Assembly: GCA_023261815.1 (NCBI GenBank)
Contig: JALNKA010000002.1
Span: 76,438-140,437 of the forward strand
Source of the DNA: Candidatus Wolframiiraptor sinensis
GTDB lineage: Archaea > Thermoproteota > Nitrososphaeria_A > Caldarchaeales > Wolframiiraptoraceae
DNA length: 64,000 nt
Direction of reading: 5' to 3'
In this document: positions 30,288 through 40,167 of the stretch, piece after piece
Position numbering within the stretch: the stretch's first letter is position 1
How the letters are laid out: each line of letters opens with the position of its first letter
The notes under the pieces: model-generated
Told to the model about the DNA's origin: nothing
What the model saw: only the letters and a program-made list of their open reading frames with translations
Databases searched by the model: none
Program-made: the position numbers and the translations under genes

Positions 30288-32462
30288 ATGAGTCCACGCG
30301 AGCTGCGCTTAAGAGTTGTCGAGGCGCGTCAAAGGGATGTAGGATATGGGATAGCGAGGATCGACCGGGAAGTTGGAGCAGCGGCGGGATTTCAGACAGG
30401 AGACATCGTCGAGATCGTCGGTAGAAAGGTTACAGCCGCCACCCTATGGCTCGGCTACATGGAAGATGAGAAGGACGCGATTAGAATAGACGGCTATATC
30501 AGGAATAACGCTGGGGTATCATTGAATGAGTGGGTGACGATACGCGAGGCAAAGGTTGCCGAGGCACAGCTCGTCGTCCTCGCCCCCGTAAATTCCTCGA
30601 TAAAGCCGGATGAGAACTTTACGAGGCTCGTTAAGAGCAGGCTGATAGAGTACCCGATCGTTCAGAAGAACGTAATTCCCGTGATGTTCTTCGGGAACCT
30701 ATTCACTTTCGCAGTTCTCCAGACCAAGCCCCAGGGAATCGTCAAGATAACGCCGAGAACCAGGCTCATAATACACTCGAAGGCGATGCAGGAGAAGGTT
30801 TTGAAGACGACTGTGACCTACGAGGACATAGGCGGGCTGCATGAGCAGATACAGAGGATAAGGGAGATGATAGAGCTCCCACTCCGCTACCCGGAGCTCT
30901 TCCAGAAGCTCGGGATAGAGCCGCCGAAGGGCGTCCTCCTCTATGGTCCGCCTGGGTGCGGAAAAACCCTCCTCGCAAAGGCGGTAGCGACGGAGGCCGA
31001 GGCGAACTTCATCCTCGTGAACGGCCCGGAGATTATGAACAAGTATTATGGTGAGAGCGAGGCGAGGTTGAGGGAGATATTCAGGAAGGCTGAGGAGAGC
31101 GCGCCATCCATAATATTCATAGACGAGATTGACGCGATTGCGCCCAAGAGGAGCGAGGTCACGGGAGAGGTTGAAAAGAGGGTTGTAGCCCAGCTCCTCG
31201 CCTTGATGGACGGCCTCGAGAGCAGGGGCCAGGTCATAGTCATAGGTGCCACGAATAGGCCCAACGCCCTCGACCCGGCTCTCAGGAGACCTGGAAGATT
31301 TGACCGCGAGATCGAGATAGGGATACCCGACAGGAATGCGAGGAGGGAGATTCTCCAGATCCATACTCGAGGCATGCCGCTCGCTGAGGACGTTGATCTC
31401 GATAAGCTCGCCGAGATGACCAAAGGCTACACCGGAGCTGATCTCGCGGCGCTGTGCAGGGAGGCCGCGATGAAGGCCATCAGGAGGATTCTGCCAAGCA
31501 TAGACTTCTCCGAGGAGCGGATACCGCCGGAGATACTGGATAAGCTCGTGGTGACGATGAAGGATTTCATGGACGCGTTCAAGGAGATAACGCCGACTGC
31601 GCTCAGGGAGATAGAGATCGAGATCCCGAATGTCCGCTGGGAGGATATCGGCGGGCTCGAGGATGTTAAGCGCCAGCTCGTAGAGGCGATCGAGTGGCCG
31701 CTCAAATACCCGGAGAAGTTCGAGAGGATGGGCATAAAGCCGCCGAAGGGCGTCCTCCTCTATGGTCCGCCGGGATGCGGCAAGACAATGCTCGCGAAGG
31801 CCGTCGCGACGGAGGCCGAGGCAAACTTCATCTCTGTCAAGGGCCCCGAGATCTTCAACAAGTGGGTTGGAGAATCGGAGAAAGCCGTCAGAGAGATATT
31901 TAGGAAGGCTAGGCAGGCCGCTCCATGCATAATATTCTTCGACGAGATAGAGTCCGTCGTGATGAGGAAGGATCTTGTGGAGGATTCATCGGGCGTCTCA
32001 AGCAGGGTGACGAGCCAGATACTCGCGGAGATGGATGGGATCGAAGAACTGACGGACGTGATAGTCATAGGCGCGACGAATAGGCCGGACCTTCTAGACC
32101 CAGCAATACTGAGACCCGGGAGATTCGATAAGCTGATCTACGTGCCTCCCCCAGAAGAGAAGTCGAGGTACCAGATCCTCAAGATATATACAAAGAGGAT
32201 GCCTCTCGCCCCGGATGTCTCGCTCAGGGATCTGGCGATGAGGACCGAGATGTATAGCGGCGCAGACTTGGCAGCCCTCTGCAGGGAAGCCGCGATGAAC
32301 GCGCTGAGAAGAAGCCTTGATGCAGAATACGTCACGAGGCAGGACTTCGAGCAGGCCCTAGAGGTGATTAAGCCCAGCATAACACCGCAGCTCCTGAAAG
32401 AGTATGAGAGGATGAGCGAGATGATCAGATACAGGAAGGAGCAGCTGACGATGATAGGCTGA
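30288..32462 (+). CDS. cdc48: CDC48/VCP-like AAA+ ATPase, paralog 2
   Basis: Same architecture and length (724 aa) as paralog 1. D1 is about 85% identical at protein level while the N-domain is divergent. Confidence 0.95.
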   Translation: MSPRELRLRVVEARQRDVGYGIARIDREVGAAAGFQTGDIVEIVGRKVTAATLWLGYMEDEKDAIRIDGYIRNNAGVSLNEWVTIREAKVAEAQLVVLAPVNSSIKPDENFTRLVKSRLIEYPIVQKNVIPVMFFGNLFTFAVLQTKPQGIVKITPRTRLIIHSKAMQEKVLKTTVTYEDIGGLHEQIQRIREMIELPLRYPELFQKLGIEPPKGVLLYGPPGCGKTLLAKAVATEAEANFILVNGPEIMNKYYGESEARLREIFRKAEESAPSIIFIDEIDAIAPKRSEVTGEVEKRVVAQLLALMDGLESRGQVIVIGATNRPNALDPALRRPGRFDREIEIGIPDRNARREILQIHTRGMPLAEDVDLDKLAEMTKGYTGADLAALCREAAMKAIRRILPSIDFSEERIPPEILDKLVVTMKDFMDAFKEITPTALREIEIEIPNVRWEDIGGLEDVKRQLVEAIEWPLKYPEKFERMGIKPPKGVLLYGPPGCGKTMLAKAVATEAEANFISVKGPEIFNKWVGESEKAVREIFRKARQAAPCIIFFDEIESVVMRKDLVEDSSGVSSRVTSQILAEMDGIEELTDVIVIGATNRPDLLDPAILRPGRFDKLIYVPPPEEKSRYQILKIYTKRMPLAPDVSLRDLAMRTEMYSGADLAALCREAAMNALRRSLDAEYVTRQDFEQALEVIKPSITPQLLKEYERMSEMIRYRKEQLTMIG

Positions 32463-32469
32463 TGAGAGC

Positions 32470-32742
32470 ATGTCCGGAAGAGAGCACGGCAGGAAACTCA
32501 CTAGGCCCGGAAGCGAGATCTACTCGAGGATAATAGAGGTTTTGGAGAAGCTCGGTGGAAAGGCGATGGAGCTGAACCTGCTGGATGAGCTTAGAAAGAG
32601 GGGCTTCGATGTAAGCCTACCAGAGCTGAGAAACATGTTGATGAAGCTCGAGATAAGGGATAAGGTTAGAGTTTTCAGCCTCGACGAGGAGAGACGTGTC
32701 GTCGAGCTTCTCGTAAGGCTCAGGAGCGCTGATAAGAGCTAA
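32470..32742 (+). CDS. Small winged-helix-like protein, hypothetical
   Basis: 90-aa ORF lying 8 nt after the cdc48-2 stop; helical/wHTH-like pattern. Confidence 0.35.
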   Translation: MSGREHGRKLTRPGSEIYSRIIEVLEKLGGKAMELNLLDELRKRGFDVSLPELRNMLMKLEIRDKVRVFSLDEERRVVELLVRLRSADKS

Positions 32743-33773
32743 AACCACTGGTCGAGGCTCGTAACCCCCCGCGTCCTCCTCATTGACTCCTCTAGCTCCT
32801 TCAAGGCCTTCTCAATCCTCTCCTCCGAGAAATCATGCTCATCGCAGAGCATCCTCTTAACCCCCTCATGATCAATCTCCCTCCACTCGATTCTGTAATC
32901 CTCCGTGACTTCCGGGCTCAGGAAGATGCGCCTGATCTCGGCCGGCTCGATCTCCAGGGTCTTTCCAAGAGCCCTTAAGGCCTTTTCGGCGGAGCCATGC
33001 GTCTTGATGAGCTTTAGCGCGGTCTTGGGCCCGACACCCTTAACACCATCGCAGTAATCCGTCCCGACGAGTATCGCGACGTCTATCAGCTGCTCTCTGG
33101 TTATCTCAAGCCCCTGAAGCAGCTTATCTAGGTGCACAAGCTCCGGCTCGACTTCCACGTACTCTTTCCTGCCGGGAAGCTTTCTCCGCCCGACGATCGA
33201 GAGGTTTCTGACGAGTCTTGGAGAGCCGAAGAGGAGCGAGTCAAAGTCCTGCGAGCCCGAGGCGTAAGCATCTCCCCTCATCGCGATATATGCCGCCTGG
33301 GCTTCACCCTCGCTTGGAGCCTGCACGACGGGTATGCCCATCAGGCTCAAGAGTCTCTTCGAGCTCTCGACTATGAACTCGTTGAGGGTCGCGGCTTGCT
33401 TCGCGTATTTCTGGGCCTCCTCGATCCTGCCCTCGGCGAGAGCCTGCTCGTAGAGCCTTTGAGCCTCCTGCCTCCGCTCACTCCTCTCCTCAACAGTCGC
33501 CTTCTTCAGCTCCGGAGGCTTCCCATCATATACGAAGATGGGCTTTATCCCCAGCTTCAGAAGATTTATCGTCCTGAAGAATAATCCGCTCAAATGGCTC
33601 GTGATCCTCCCATGCCTATCCATTAGCGGCCTCCCATCCTGCCCCCTGATAATCGTGATGAACTGGTAGAGCGCGTTATATGCGTCGAGTGCTATCGCCT
33701 TCCCCCCCAGGGACTCGAGGCTGATAGTCTCGACCGCGTTATCCGGGATTATCTCCCTTATCTTAACCCCCAT
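32739..33773 (-). CDS. fen: Flap endonuclease 1 (FEN-1)
   Basis: XPG N and I regions (GKAIALDAYNALYQF, SEGEAQAAY, GTDYC), H3TH, and a C-terminal PIP-like SLDQWF. Confidence 0.95.
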   Translation of the reverse strand: MGVKIREIIPDNAVETISLESLGGKAIALDAYNALYQFITIIRGQDGRPLMDRHGRITSHLSGLFFRTINLLKLGIKPIFVYDGKPPELKKATVEERSERRQEAQRLYEQALAEGRIEEAQKYAKQAATLNEFIVESSKRLLSLMGIPVVQAPSEGEAQAAYIAMRGDAYASGSQDFDSLLFGSPRLVRNLSIVGRRKLPGRKEYVEVEPELVHLDKLLQGLEITREQLIDVAILVGTDYCDGVKGVGPKTALKLIKTHGSAEKALRALGKTLEIEPAEIRRIFLSPEVTEDYRIEWREIDHEGVKRMLCDEHDFSEERIEKALKELEESMRRTRGVTSLDQWF

Positions 33774-34870
33774 CCCAGTCCTCCGGGAGAGAGTCTGTTC
33801 TTGAAGCCGTATAAAGGTTGGGATGCTTTTCTGAGATCTAGGGCGAAGATGCTCCTTCTCGGAGCGACCTCCATAACCTCCCTACCAGCCTCAACTTCCA
33901 CCATGTGGCCTAGCTCCGCAGCCCTATTCTCCACGAGCCTCGAGAGATCCTCGAGCGACCCGGAGACCGCGTAGAGGTGTATGATTCCGCCGCGCCTGCA
34001 TGCTCTAAGCCCGACGTCAAGAAACTCGAGAGAACGATATGGCAGATCCATTATGATGCGGTCAAACTCCTCGCGAACATTCTCCAAGATCTTCCTAGCA
34101 TCGCCGAGCATCGGCGTCACCCGATCCTCGACATTATTCAGCTTCATGTTCTCGAGGAGATATCTGTAGGCATCCGGGTTGATCTCGATCGCGACGACCC
34201 TCGCGGATGGCTGGATCCTTGCTATGAGTATCGAGAATGGGCCTACGCCCGCGAACATGTCGAGCACGCTCTCGCCCGGCAAGACCTGCCGAGCCACCCT
34301 GAGCCGCTCACCGGATAGCCTCGGGCTGAAGAATGCCTTCCTCAGATCGAGCTTGTAAACGCATCCATGTTCTCTGTGGATTGTCTCAGTATCGCCTGAT
34401 CCCGCGATGATCTCAACGTGCCTGATCCTGTAGTCTCCAGTAGTCTCGCCCTTAGCTAGGACTACTTTAGCCCTTGGGTGAATTCTCAGTAGAGCCTCGC
34501 CAATCTCACGAGCATAATCCCTGAGCTCTTCACATAAATCGACAAGTATCAGATTTCCGATGATGTCGTATGATGAGGGGAGCTTGTCGAGGAGATGGCC
34601 TGGAAGCCTCCTGCTCAAGGCCTCTCTCAGGGTCCTGGGCTTTCTTTCTCTCACCTCGAATGTCGCCCGGGTGAGCTCTCCGCCGAGTTCCTCCACTATG
34701 CCGCGAACCCCCTCTAGTTCCTTCAGCGGGAAAAAGACGAATCCATCCTCCTCGAATGGCTTCAGCGAATTGTCCAGCGCGCCGAGCGCTATGAGCCTTC
34801 TCCTGAGCTCCTCGGCCCTACTCCTCGCTATCTTGGCCGCGCTCCTGGAAACCCTCGTGAAGCTACTCAA
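33758..34870 (-). CDS. trm5: tRNA (guanine37-N1)-methyltransferase Trm5 family (Trm5/Taw22-like)
   Basis: Class I MTase motif DMFAGVGPFSI and a Met-10+-like domain. Confidence 0.8.
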   Translation of the reverse strand: MSSFTRVSRSAAKIARSRAEELRRRLIALGALDNSLKPFEEDGFVFFPLKELEGVRGIVEELGGELTRATFEVRERKPRTLREALSRRLPGHLLDKLPSSYDIIGNLILVDLCEELRDYAREIGEALLRIHPRAKVVLAKGETTGDYRIRHVEIIAGSGDTETIHREHGCVYKLDLRKAFFSPRLSGERLRVARQVLPGESVLDMFAGVGPFSILIARIQPSARVVAIEINPDAYRYLLENMKLNNVEDRVTPMLGDARKILENVREEFDRIIMDLPYRSLEFLDVGLRACRRGGIIHLYAVSGSLEDLSRLVENRAAELGHMVEVEAGREVMEVAPRRSIFALDLRKASQPLYGFKNRLSPGGLGWGLR

Positions 34871-34873
34871 GGC

Positions 34874-36235
34874 CTATTCTTCTCCTTCCCCGAGCGCCTT
34901 CCTCAGAAGCTTCTCGACCTTCTCCACGACCTCGATCGCGTCTTTGCCGAAGATCGTTATCATGGGCTCTTTGCCCCAATCGCCCTCATGATAAACGAGG
35001 TCCGGAACCCTTCCGCCAGCACTCTTAATCGCCTCCTCGATGCCCCATGGTATCGTGCCGCCCTCAGCCCTTTTAACCTCCTCAGGCTCCAGCCTCCTAT
35101 CATAGAATCCGATGATCCAGCCAAGCCTACTCGCCGCCTCGATAAACCTCGGATCATATCTTATGTTCATCGCGGCTCTTATCTCTGGGTCGTGCTCCAG
35201 CACCTTCAGAACCGCTCTCGCCACATGCCATGAAGCCGAGAACCATGGATGATCCGATGCTCTCGGGCCATCGGGGTGCTTCACGATTCTCCCGGGGACT
35301 CCGGCCACCTCGTCGAGGCTCCTCGCGCCCGGTATCGCCATGCATAGATTCATCTGGCACTCGGGAATGGCCTTTGCGATGATCTCGCTCCGCTCAATCC
35401 TCCCAACAGCCCTCCTCATAACCTCCAATACCCTGAACCTCTCAGCATCCCTCAGAAGCCTTCCAACAGGGTTTACGGGCCCGCTCCCTCCCCCAACCTG
35501 AAAGCCATATCTGATCGCATCGGTGACGAATATCTTCGCGCGCTCGACAGCCTCAAATATGCTCTTCTTCTTGGCAAGCTCCGCGGCGATCGCTGAGGCG
35601 AACGTGCAGCCTGTGCCGTGAGTCGTCCGCGTCTCGATCCTCTCGGCCTCATAGACCCTGAATTCTCCATCGAAATAAAGGATGTCAACAGCTCTCGGGT
35701 CTTCCACATGGCCTCCCTTAACCACGACACCTCTCGCGCCGAGCTCCGAGATCATCTTGGCAGCCCTCTTCTGGGACTCCAAATCCCTAATCCTGATGCC
35801 GGATAATGCCTCGGCCTCAAGCGCGTTCGGCGTGACGACGTATGCGCGTGGCAACAACTCCTCTATCAAGGCCTTGACCGCGCTCTCCTCCAAGAGCCGG
35901 GCGCCGCTTTTAGCTATCATCACGGGATCGACGACGATTGGCGCGCTTATCCGCCTCAGCTCCGATGCGACCGCCTCAATTATCTCAGATGTATGCAGCA
36001 TCCCGGTCTTCACGGCGTCGACGCCGATATCTCTGACCACGACCCTTATCTGCTCCCTGATGAGCTCCACGGGCAGATCATATATCATTGTGACCTCCAT
36101 GGTGTTCTGCGCGGTTATCGAGGTTATCGCGCTCATCCCGTGAACCCCGAGGGCTGCGAATGTCTTGAGATCGGCCTGGATCCCCGCGCCGCCGCCCGAG
36201 TCCGAGCCCGCGATAGTCAGTGCTCGCGGTATCAT
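34874..36235 (-). CDS. thiDN: Bifunctional HMP/HMP-P kinase ThiD fused to a ThiN thiamine-phosphate synthase domain (archaeal ThiDN)
   Basis: N-terminal ThiD ribokinase-like fold ([30 protein letters not shown]) plus a C-terminal ThiN domain of about 180 aa. Confidence 0.85.
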   Translation of the reverse strand: MIPRALTIAGSDSGGGAGIQADLKTFAALGVHGMSAITSITAQNTMEVTMIYDLPVELIREQIRVVVRDIGVDAVKTGMLHTSEIIEAVASELRRISAPIVVDPVMIAKSGARLLEESAVKALIEELLPRAYVVTPNALEAEALSGIRIRDLESQKRAAKMISELGARGVVVKGGHVEDPRAVDILYFDGEFRVYEAERIETRTTHGTGCTFASAIAAELAKKKSIFEAVERAKIFVTDAIRYGFQVGGGSGPVNPVGRLLRDAERFRVLEVMRRAVGRIERSEIIAKAIPECQMNLCMAIPGARSLDEVAGVPGRIVKHPDGPRASDHPWFSASWHVARAVLKVLEHDPEIRAAMNIRYDPRFIEAASRLGWIIGFYDRRLEPEEVKRAEGGTIPWGIEEAIKSAGGRVPDLVYHEGDWGKEPMITIFGKDAIEVVEKVEKLLRKALGEGEE

Positions 36236-36268
36236 CGAGACAAGCGCCGTTAGCCGAGGTTATAAGCT

Positions 36269-36811
36269 TTAGAGATTCACGATGATGTCCATATGCTCCT
36301 TGATTCTCGAGAGGCCTCTTCTCTCGCGCATGGTTATCCCGGAGCCCTTATCATCCTCAAGCACCTCGCCCTCATAAGCCGTGGCCGCGAAGGTCTCGCA
36401 GAGATCGAGCAGGCGCAATATGTCATCTGGATCGCCCGCATGAAGATGGATCGTCAAGTCATTGATCAGGAGGATTCTCGAGGGTGCTCGGACATAATCC
36501 TCGAGAAGCTTCCTCGCCTCGAGCAGATTTATCTCCGCGTATCTGAGAACCTCCTCATGGCTCCTGCCGAGAAGTCTCGGAGGATGAATCCTTCCCGGCC
36601 TCATGTATCTCAGCATCTTGACCTCGGGATAATATGATTCCACGAGCCTGCCGATGTCGCTGTAGCCCGGCGCGAGATCTATTACCGTGACATCGCCCCC
36701 AAGATCCCTATCCACCAAGAACTTGAGGAAGCTCGCCAGAAGCCTCGTCTTACCGGCGCCGACCTCGCCGCATATTAGAACCCGCCTATCGAGGAGCTTC
36801 TCAAAGTTCAT
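36269..36811 (-). CDS. P-loop NTPase, uncharacterised (Walker A GEVGAGKT)
   Basis: [14 protein letters not shown] Walker A and a Walker B-like LLINDLT; 180 aa; adjacent to thiDN. Confidence 0.5.
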   Translation of the reverse strand: MNFEKLLDRRVLICGEVGAGKTRLLASFLKFLVDRDLGGDVTVIDLAPGYSDIGRLVESYYPEVKMLRYMRPGRIHPPRLLGRSHEEVLRYAEINLLEARKLLEDYVRAPSRILLINDLTIHLHAGDPDDILRLLDLCETFAATAYEGEVLEDDKGSGITMRERRGLSRIKEHMDIIVNL

Positions 36812-36887
36812 AGTCTCTCATCCAGGGACTTGGATGAAGATAATATTTATAACTGTGTTTTGATGAAAATCGCCCGGAGAGCTTGTC

Positions 36888-37481
36888 GTGGGCGCTTCAT
36901 CCACCAAGAAGACCTCGCTCTTCATAATGCTCACGGCGCTCGGCATAATAATAGCGCCACTGCTCTGGTTCCCCTTCTTCACCACGAAGGCTTATCCGGG
37001 CCAGCACATGATAAATGCTCTTGCCGGAGTGCTGCTTGGGCCATGGTGGGCGGCTGCCGCTGCCGCACTAATAGGAGTCATACGAAACGCTCTCGGGCTC
37101 GGAACGATATACGCGTTCCCCGGAGGAGTTCCCGGAGGAATTATCGTTGGGCTCGCATATCTCATAACGCGCAGAGCTCGGAAGCGCTCAGTGAGATATC
37201 TCGCCGCCCTCGCTGAGCCGATTGGAACAGTGCTCATAGGCGGAACATTATCCCTGGCGGTGATAGCGCCGTTAATAGGGGATCAGCGGCTTGCCGCTGC
37301 GATAGGTCAGTATGGTTTCTACCAGTTCCTCCCGATATTCTGGTCGGGCTGGGCCATAAGCTCGATCCCGGGCTCGATCGCCAGCTACCTCATATTACTG
37401 GCATTGGATAAGCTCGGCGTTATGAGCCAGCTTCTCGGACTTCAAGCCTCCGCTCAGGCCAGACGAAGAGATCGCTCGTGA
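36888..37481 (+). CDS. thiW: ECF-type S component ThiW-like (putative thiamine-precursor transporter)
   Basis: YPGQHMINALAGVLLGPWW pattern reminiscent of ThiW; small polytopic membrane protein next to thiDN. Confidence 0.5.
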   Translation: MGASSTKKTSLFIMLTALGIIIAPLLWFPFFTTKAYPGQHMINALAGVLLGPWWAAAAAALIGVIRNALGLGTIYAFPGGVPGGIIVGLAYLITRRARKRSVRYLAALAEPIGTVLIGGTLSLAVIAPLIGDQRLAAAIGQYGFYQFLPIFWSGWAISSIPGSIASYLILLALDKLGVMSQLLGLQASAQARRRDRS

Positions 37482-37869
37482 GGAAGTTCGTCAGAGTCCC
37501 GACGCCTATCGCCAGTATGTATGATATCTCGACCATTATGCCGAGGAGGTGCGCGAAGAGATAATGCGAGACCAGCGTCGCGAAGAACCCCAATAACCTC
37601 GACGCGTGGAAAAAGAGTATTCTTAGATGGAGCTTCAAGGTTCTCCTGTGCTTGAATGTCCAGAGATCGTTCCAGATGAAGTTGCTGATTATGGCCGCCT
37701 CAACGCCTATGGCGAGCGCGAGGATATCGCTCAATCCGGCGGCATAGCACGCATACGAGACCGCGTAATTGACGACCACGCCGCTGGCCCCAACAATCCC
37801 GAACTTCAGGAAGATCGTCGAGAAGATCTTCCTTCTAATCCAGCTCAAGAGCTTCTTGAACGCATTCAT
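37420..37869 (-). CDS. GtrA-family membrane protein
   Basis: FGIVGASGVVVNYAVSY N-terminus; 4 TM, about 150 aa. The 3' end overlaps the thiW-like ORF convergently. Confidence 0.7.
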   Translation of the reverse strand: MNAFKKLLSWIRRKIFSTIFLKFGIVGASGVVVNYAVSYACYAAGLSDILALAIGVEAAIISNFIWNDLWTFKHRRTLKLHLRILFFHASRLLGFFATLVSHYLFAHLLGIMVEISYILAIGVGTLTNFLTSDLFVWPERRLEVREAGS

Positions 37870-37875
37870 GGCTTT

Positions 37876-38727
37876 TCAGAGCCTCTCCTTCAGGTATAGC
37901 TCCTTCAGCTTAGCCATGTTCGTGGCAAAGTTTCCCCGCGAATCCACCGGCGTCTCAAGTATAAGTGGAAGGGGCCTGATCAACGGGTGATGGAAGAGCT
38001 CGAAGAACCCCCTCTCGCCGATCCTCCCCATACCGAGGTGCTCGTGCCGATCTATCCCGCTCCCCAAGTCGCCCTTCGAGTCGTTCACATGAATCACCTT
38101 GAGCTTCTCGAGTCCTATTATCTGATCGAACTCCTTCAGGGTTTCATCTATCGCCTCACGCGTCCTGAGATCGTATCCGGCGGCGAAGGCGTGGCATGTG
38201 TCGAGGCAGACTCCAACTCTACTCTCATCCTCCATCAAGTCGAGTATGCTTCTTATGTTCTCGAACCTCGATCCAACGCTATTTCTCTGGCCCGCCATGT
38301 TCTCCAGCAGGAGCATGACGTCGTTATCCACCTCGGAGAGGGCAGTGTTCACGGCCTCAGCCGCCTGCCTTATCCCGACTTCAACCCCCTTGCCCATATG
38401 ACTCCCAATATGAACCACGAGATGCTGGAGGCCAAGCTCTCCCGACCTCCTAAGCTCCTGAATCAGGGATTTCGTCGACCTCTTATGAGCGGTCTTATCC
38501 GGCGAGGAGATGTTCGGGAGATAAGGCATGTGCGCAACGACCACTTTGAACCCCTTCTCCTCTAGCTTCCTCCTAAATTCCTCAATCTCCTTCTTCGTGA
38601 GGGGCTTAGCCTCCCAGCCCCTCGGATTCCTCGTGAAGATCTGGAAGGTCGTGCACCCGAGCTCAACAGCCCTGTCAACGGCCTTATCGATGGATCCCGA
38701 GATTGAGACATGAGCTCCCAGAAGCAT
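37876..38727 (-). CDS. nfo: Endonuclease IV (AP endonuclease family 2)
   Basis: GAHVS..GS, HMPYL.N, LLENMAGQ, HVNDSK and HEHLG motifs. Confidence 0.95.
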   Translation of the reverse strand: MLLGAHVSISGSIDKAVDRAVELGCTTFQIFTRNPRGWEAKPLTKKEIEEFRRKLEEKGFKVVVAHMPYLPNISSPDKTAHKRSTKSLIQELRRSGELGLQHLVVHIGSHMGKGVEVGIRQAAEAVNTALSEVDNDVMLLLENMAGQRNSVGSRFENIRSILDLMEDESRVGVCLDTCHAFAAGYDLRTREAIDETLKEFDQIIGLEKLKVIHVNDSKGDLGSGIDRHEHLGMGRIGERGFFELFHHPLIRPLPLILETPVDSRGNFATNMAKLKELYLKERL

Positions 38728-38774
38728 CCACTAGGAGGACCCTAATCCAGCCTTAAATCTTTACGAATGCGCTT

Positions 38775-38993
38775 TTAATCGGCCTCGGAAGCCCTCTTGA
38801 ACCCCATGCTGCCGCCCCGCTTCAGCCTCAGGAGAAACTCTCTAGCCTTCTCCAAGTCCGCGCTCGAGAAGAGTATTGAGTCCGGCTCAAGAGCCCAGGA
38901 GACCCCGCAGCCGAAGCACCTCACAGACCTCGACGCCGCCGTCAACTGGAGAAAGCCGCATTTAGGGCACCTAACAACCTTATAGACCCTCAA
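38775..38993 (-). CDS. C4 Zn-ribbon small protein, hypothetical
   Basis: CPKCG...CFGCG; 72 aa. Confidence 0.4.
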   Translation of the reverse strand: MRVYKVVRCPKCGFLQLTAASRSVRCFGCGVSWALEPDSILFSSADLEKAREFLLRLKRGGSMGFKRASEAD

Positions 38994-39070
38994 CCCGATG
39001 AAAAGCCTCAGAAGACGCGTATATCAACCATCACCGCGAATTGGTTAGCGGGATAGCGCCATGCGTCGAA

Positions 39071-39080
39071 TTATATTTAA
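39071..39080 (+). promoter_or_regulatory. Putative archaeal TATA box for the tRNA gene
   Basis: ttatatttaa lies about 35 nt upstream of the tRNA 5' end. Confidence 0.35.
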
Positions 39081-39109
39081 GATAAACCACTGTGTATATT
39101 ATGTTTTGA

Positions 39110-39242
39110 AGCCCGGTCGTCTAGCGGCCAATCCAGCTGGTCAGATCGCGGGGTCATGGATCCCGGGCTTTGGATCATGGCCGCTTGGAGGGTCGTGGGA
39201 AGAGACCCGGGGACCTGGGTTCGAATCCCAGCCGGGCTACCA
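39110..39242 (+). tRNA. tRNA-Gln (anticodon TTG) with a canonical 31-nt anticodon-loop intron and a further 27 nt of non-canonical intron(s) in the D-arm region
   Basis: Acceptor AGCCCGG/CCGGGCT with discriminator A and encoded CCA. T-arm CTGGG-TTCGAAT-CCCAG. Anticodon stem CCGGG/CCCGG with loop CTTTGGA. The gene is 133 nt against an expected 76 nt. Confidence 0.65.
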
Positions 39243-39270
39243 TCTCTCCAATTTCCTCTCTTCACGAATC

Positions 39271-39280
39271 CTTTTTATTC
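39271..39280 (+). terminator. Oligo-T tract downstream of the tRNA
   Basis: ctttttattc lies about 30 nt after the tRNA 3' end. Confidence 0.25.
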
Positions 39281-39315
39281 GGAAGTGCTTTCGGCATGTC
39301 TGATGATGGCTTGAG

Positions 39316-39714
39316 ATGCGCATAGAGGATGAGATCAGGAGCATGAGGAAAAGAGACGATGATCTGAGTAAGCTGAAGCTAGACGTCATAAGGGTTCTCG
39401 CGATCTTCAACGGCGTCTCATGGATGACGGAGATAATTCCCGATATACTGAAGCTTCGCGGCGGCATTCCGGACTACGCGCTCCGAGAAGAGCTCTTAGA
39501 CGAGGCCATCCGCGACCTCGAGTCCGATGAAGTAATCCTCGTCGAGCCGAGATCCAGGGGGATGCCATTCTCGAGAGAGGTCCATGAGGATAAGCTGATT
39601 AGGCTTAGGGATCTATCCGCTGCCAGAAAGGCGCTCGCCGGAGAAATGGTTTATCTGAGCTACCTGCGCGGGCAGATGGAGGCGATAAGGCGCGCCTTGG
39701 AGAGCCGCGAGTGA
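39316..39714 (+). CDS. Hypothetical protein, possible winged-helix DNA-binding protein
   Basis: 132-aa ORF between the tRNA and rpl12; no diagnostic motif. Confidence 0.35.
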   Translation: MRIEDEIRSMRKRDDDLSKLKLDVIRVLAIFNGVSWMTEIIPDILKLRGGIPDYALREELLDEAIRDLESDEVILVEPRSRGMPFSREVHEDKLIRLRDLSAARKALAGEMVYLSYLRGQMEAIRRALESRE

Positions 39715-39773
39715 GCACGGCCCGCTCGGGTAAAATTTAAGAAGAGGCTTAACCGTGATTCGGCCGAATAGTC

Positions 39774-40088
39774 ATGGAGTACATTTACGCCGCCTTGCTC
39801 CTGCACAGGGCCGGTCAGCAGATCACCGAGGAGAATGTGAAGAAGGTTCTCTCCGCCGCCGGAGTAAACCCGGATGAGGCGAGGATTAAGGCCCTCGTAG
39901 CAGCCCTCTCGGAGATCAATATAGATGAGGTGTTGAAGAGCGCGATAGCGATGCCGCTCGCGCCAGTAGCCGCCGCTCCAGCAGCAGCACCATCAGAAGA
40001 GAAGAAGCCGGAGGCGAAGGAGGAGAAGAAAGAGGAGGAGAAGTCCGAGGAGGAGGCCTTGGCAGGGCTGAGCGCGCTCTTCGGCTGA
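39774..40088 (+). CDS. rpl12: 50S ribosomal protein L12 (P1 stalk protein)
   Basis: N-terminal [11 protein letters not shown], an Ala/Pro hinge, and an acidic KEE-rich tail ending in GLSALFG. Confidence 0.95.
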   Translation: MEYIYAALLLHRAGQQITEENVKKVLSAAGVNPDEARIKALVAALSEINIDEVLKSAIAMPLAPVAAAPAAAPSEEKKPEAKEEKKEEEKSEEEALAGLSALFG

Positions 40089-40167
40089 GATCCGCGGCCT
40101 CGGCAAAACCCTTTATTACAACCTTTTATCGGGAGAAAGGCTTGGAGCGAAAGTTACGATGCTCTAG

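Noticed and set aside
36812-36887. Possible TPP riboswitch upstream of the thiW-like gene
   Set aside because: Only about 75 nt are available, and neither the CUGAGA nor the pyrimidine-sensing helix motif of THI elements is present.
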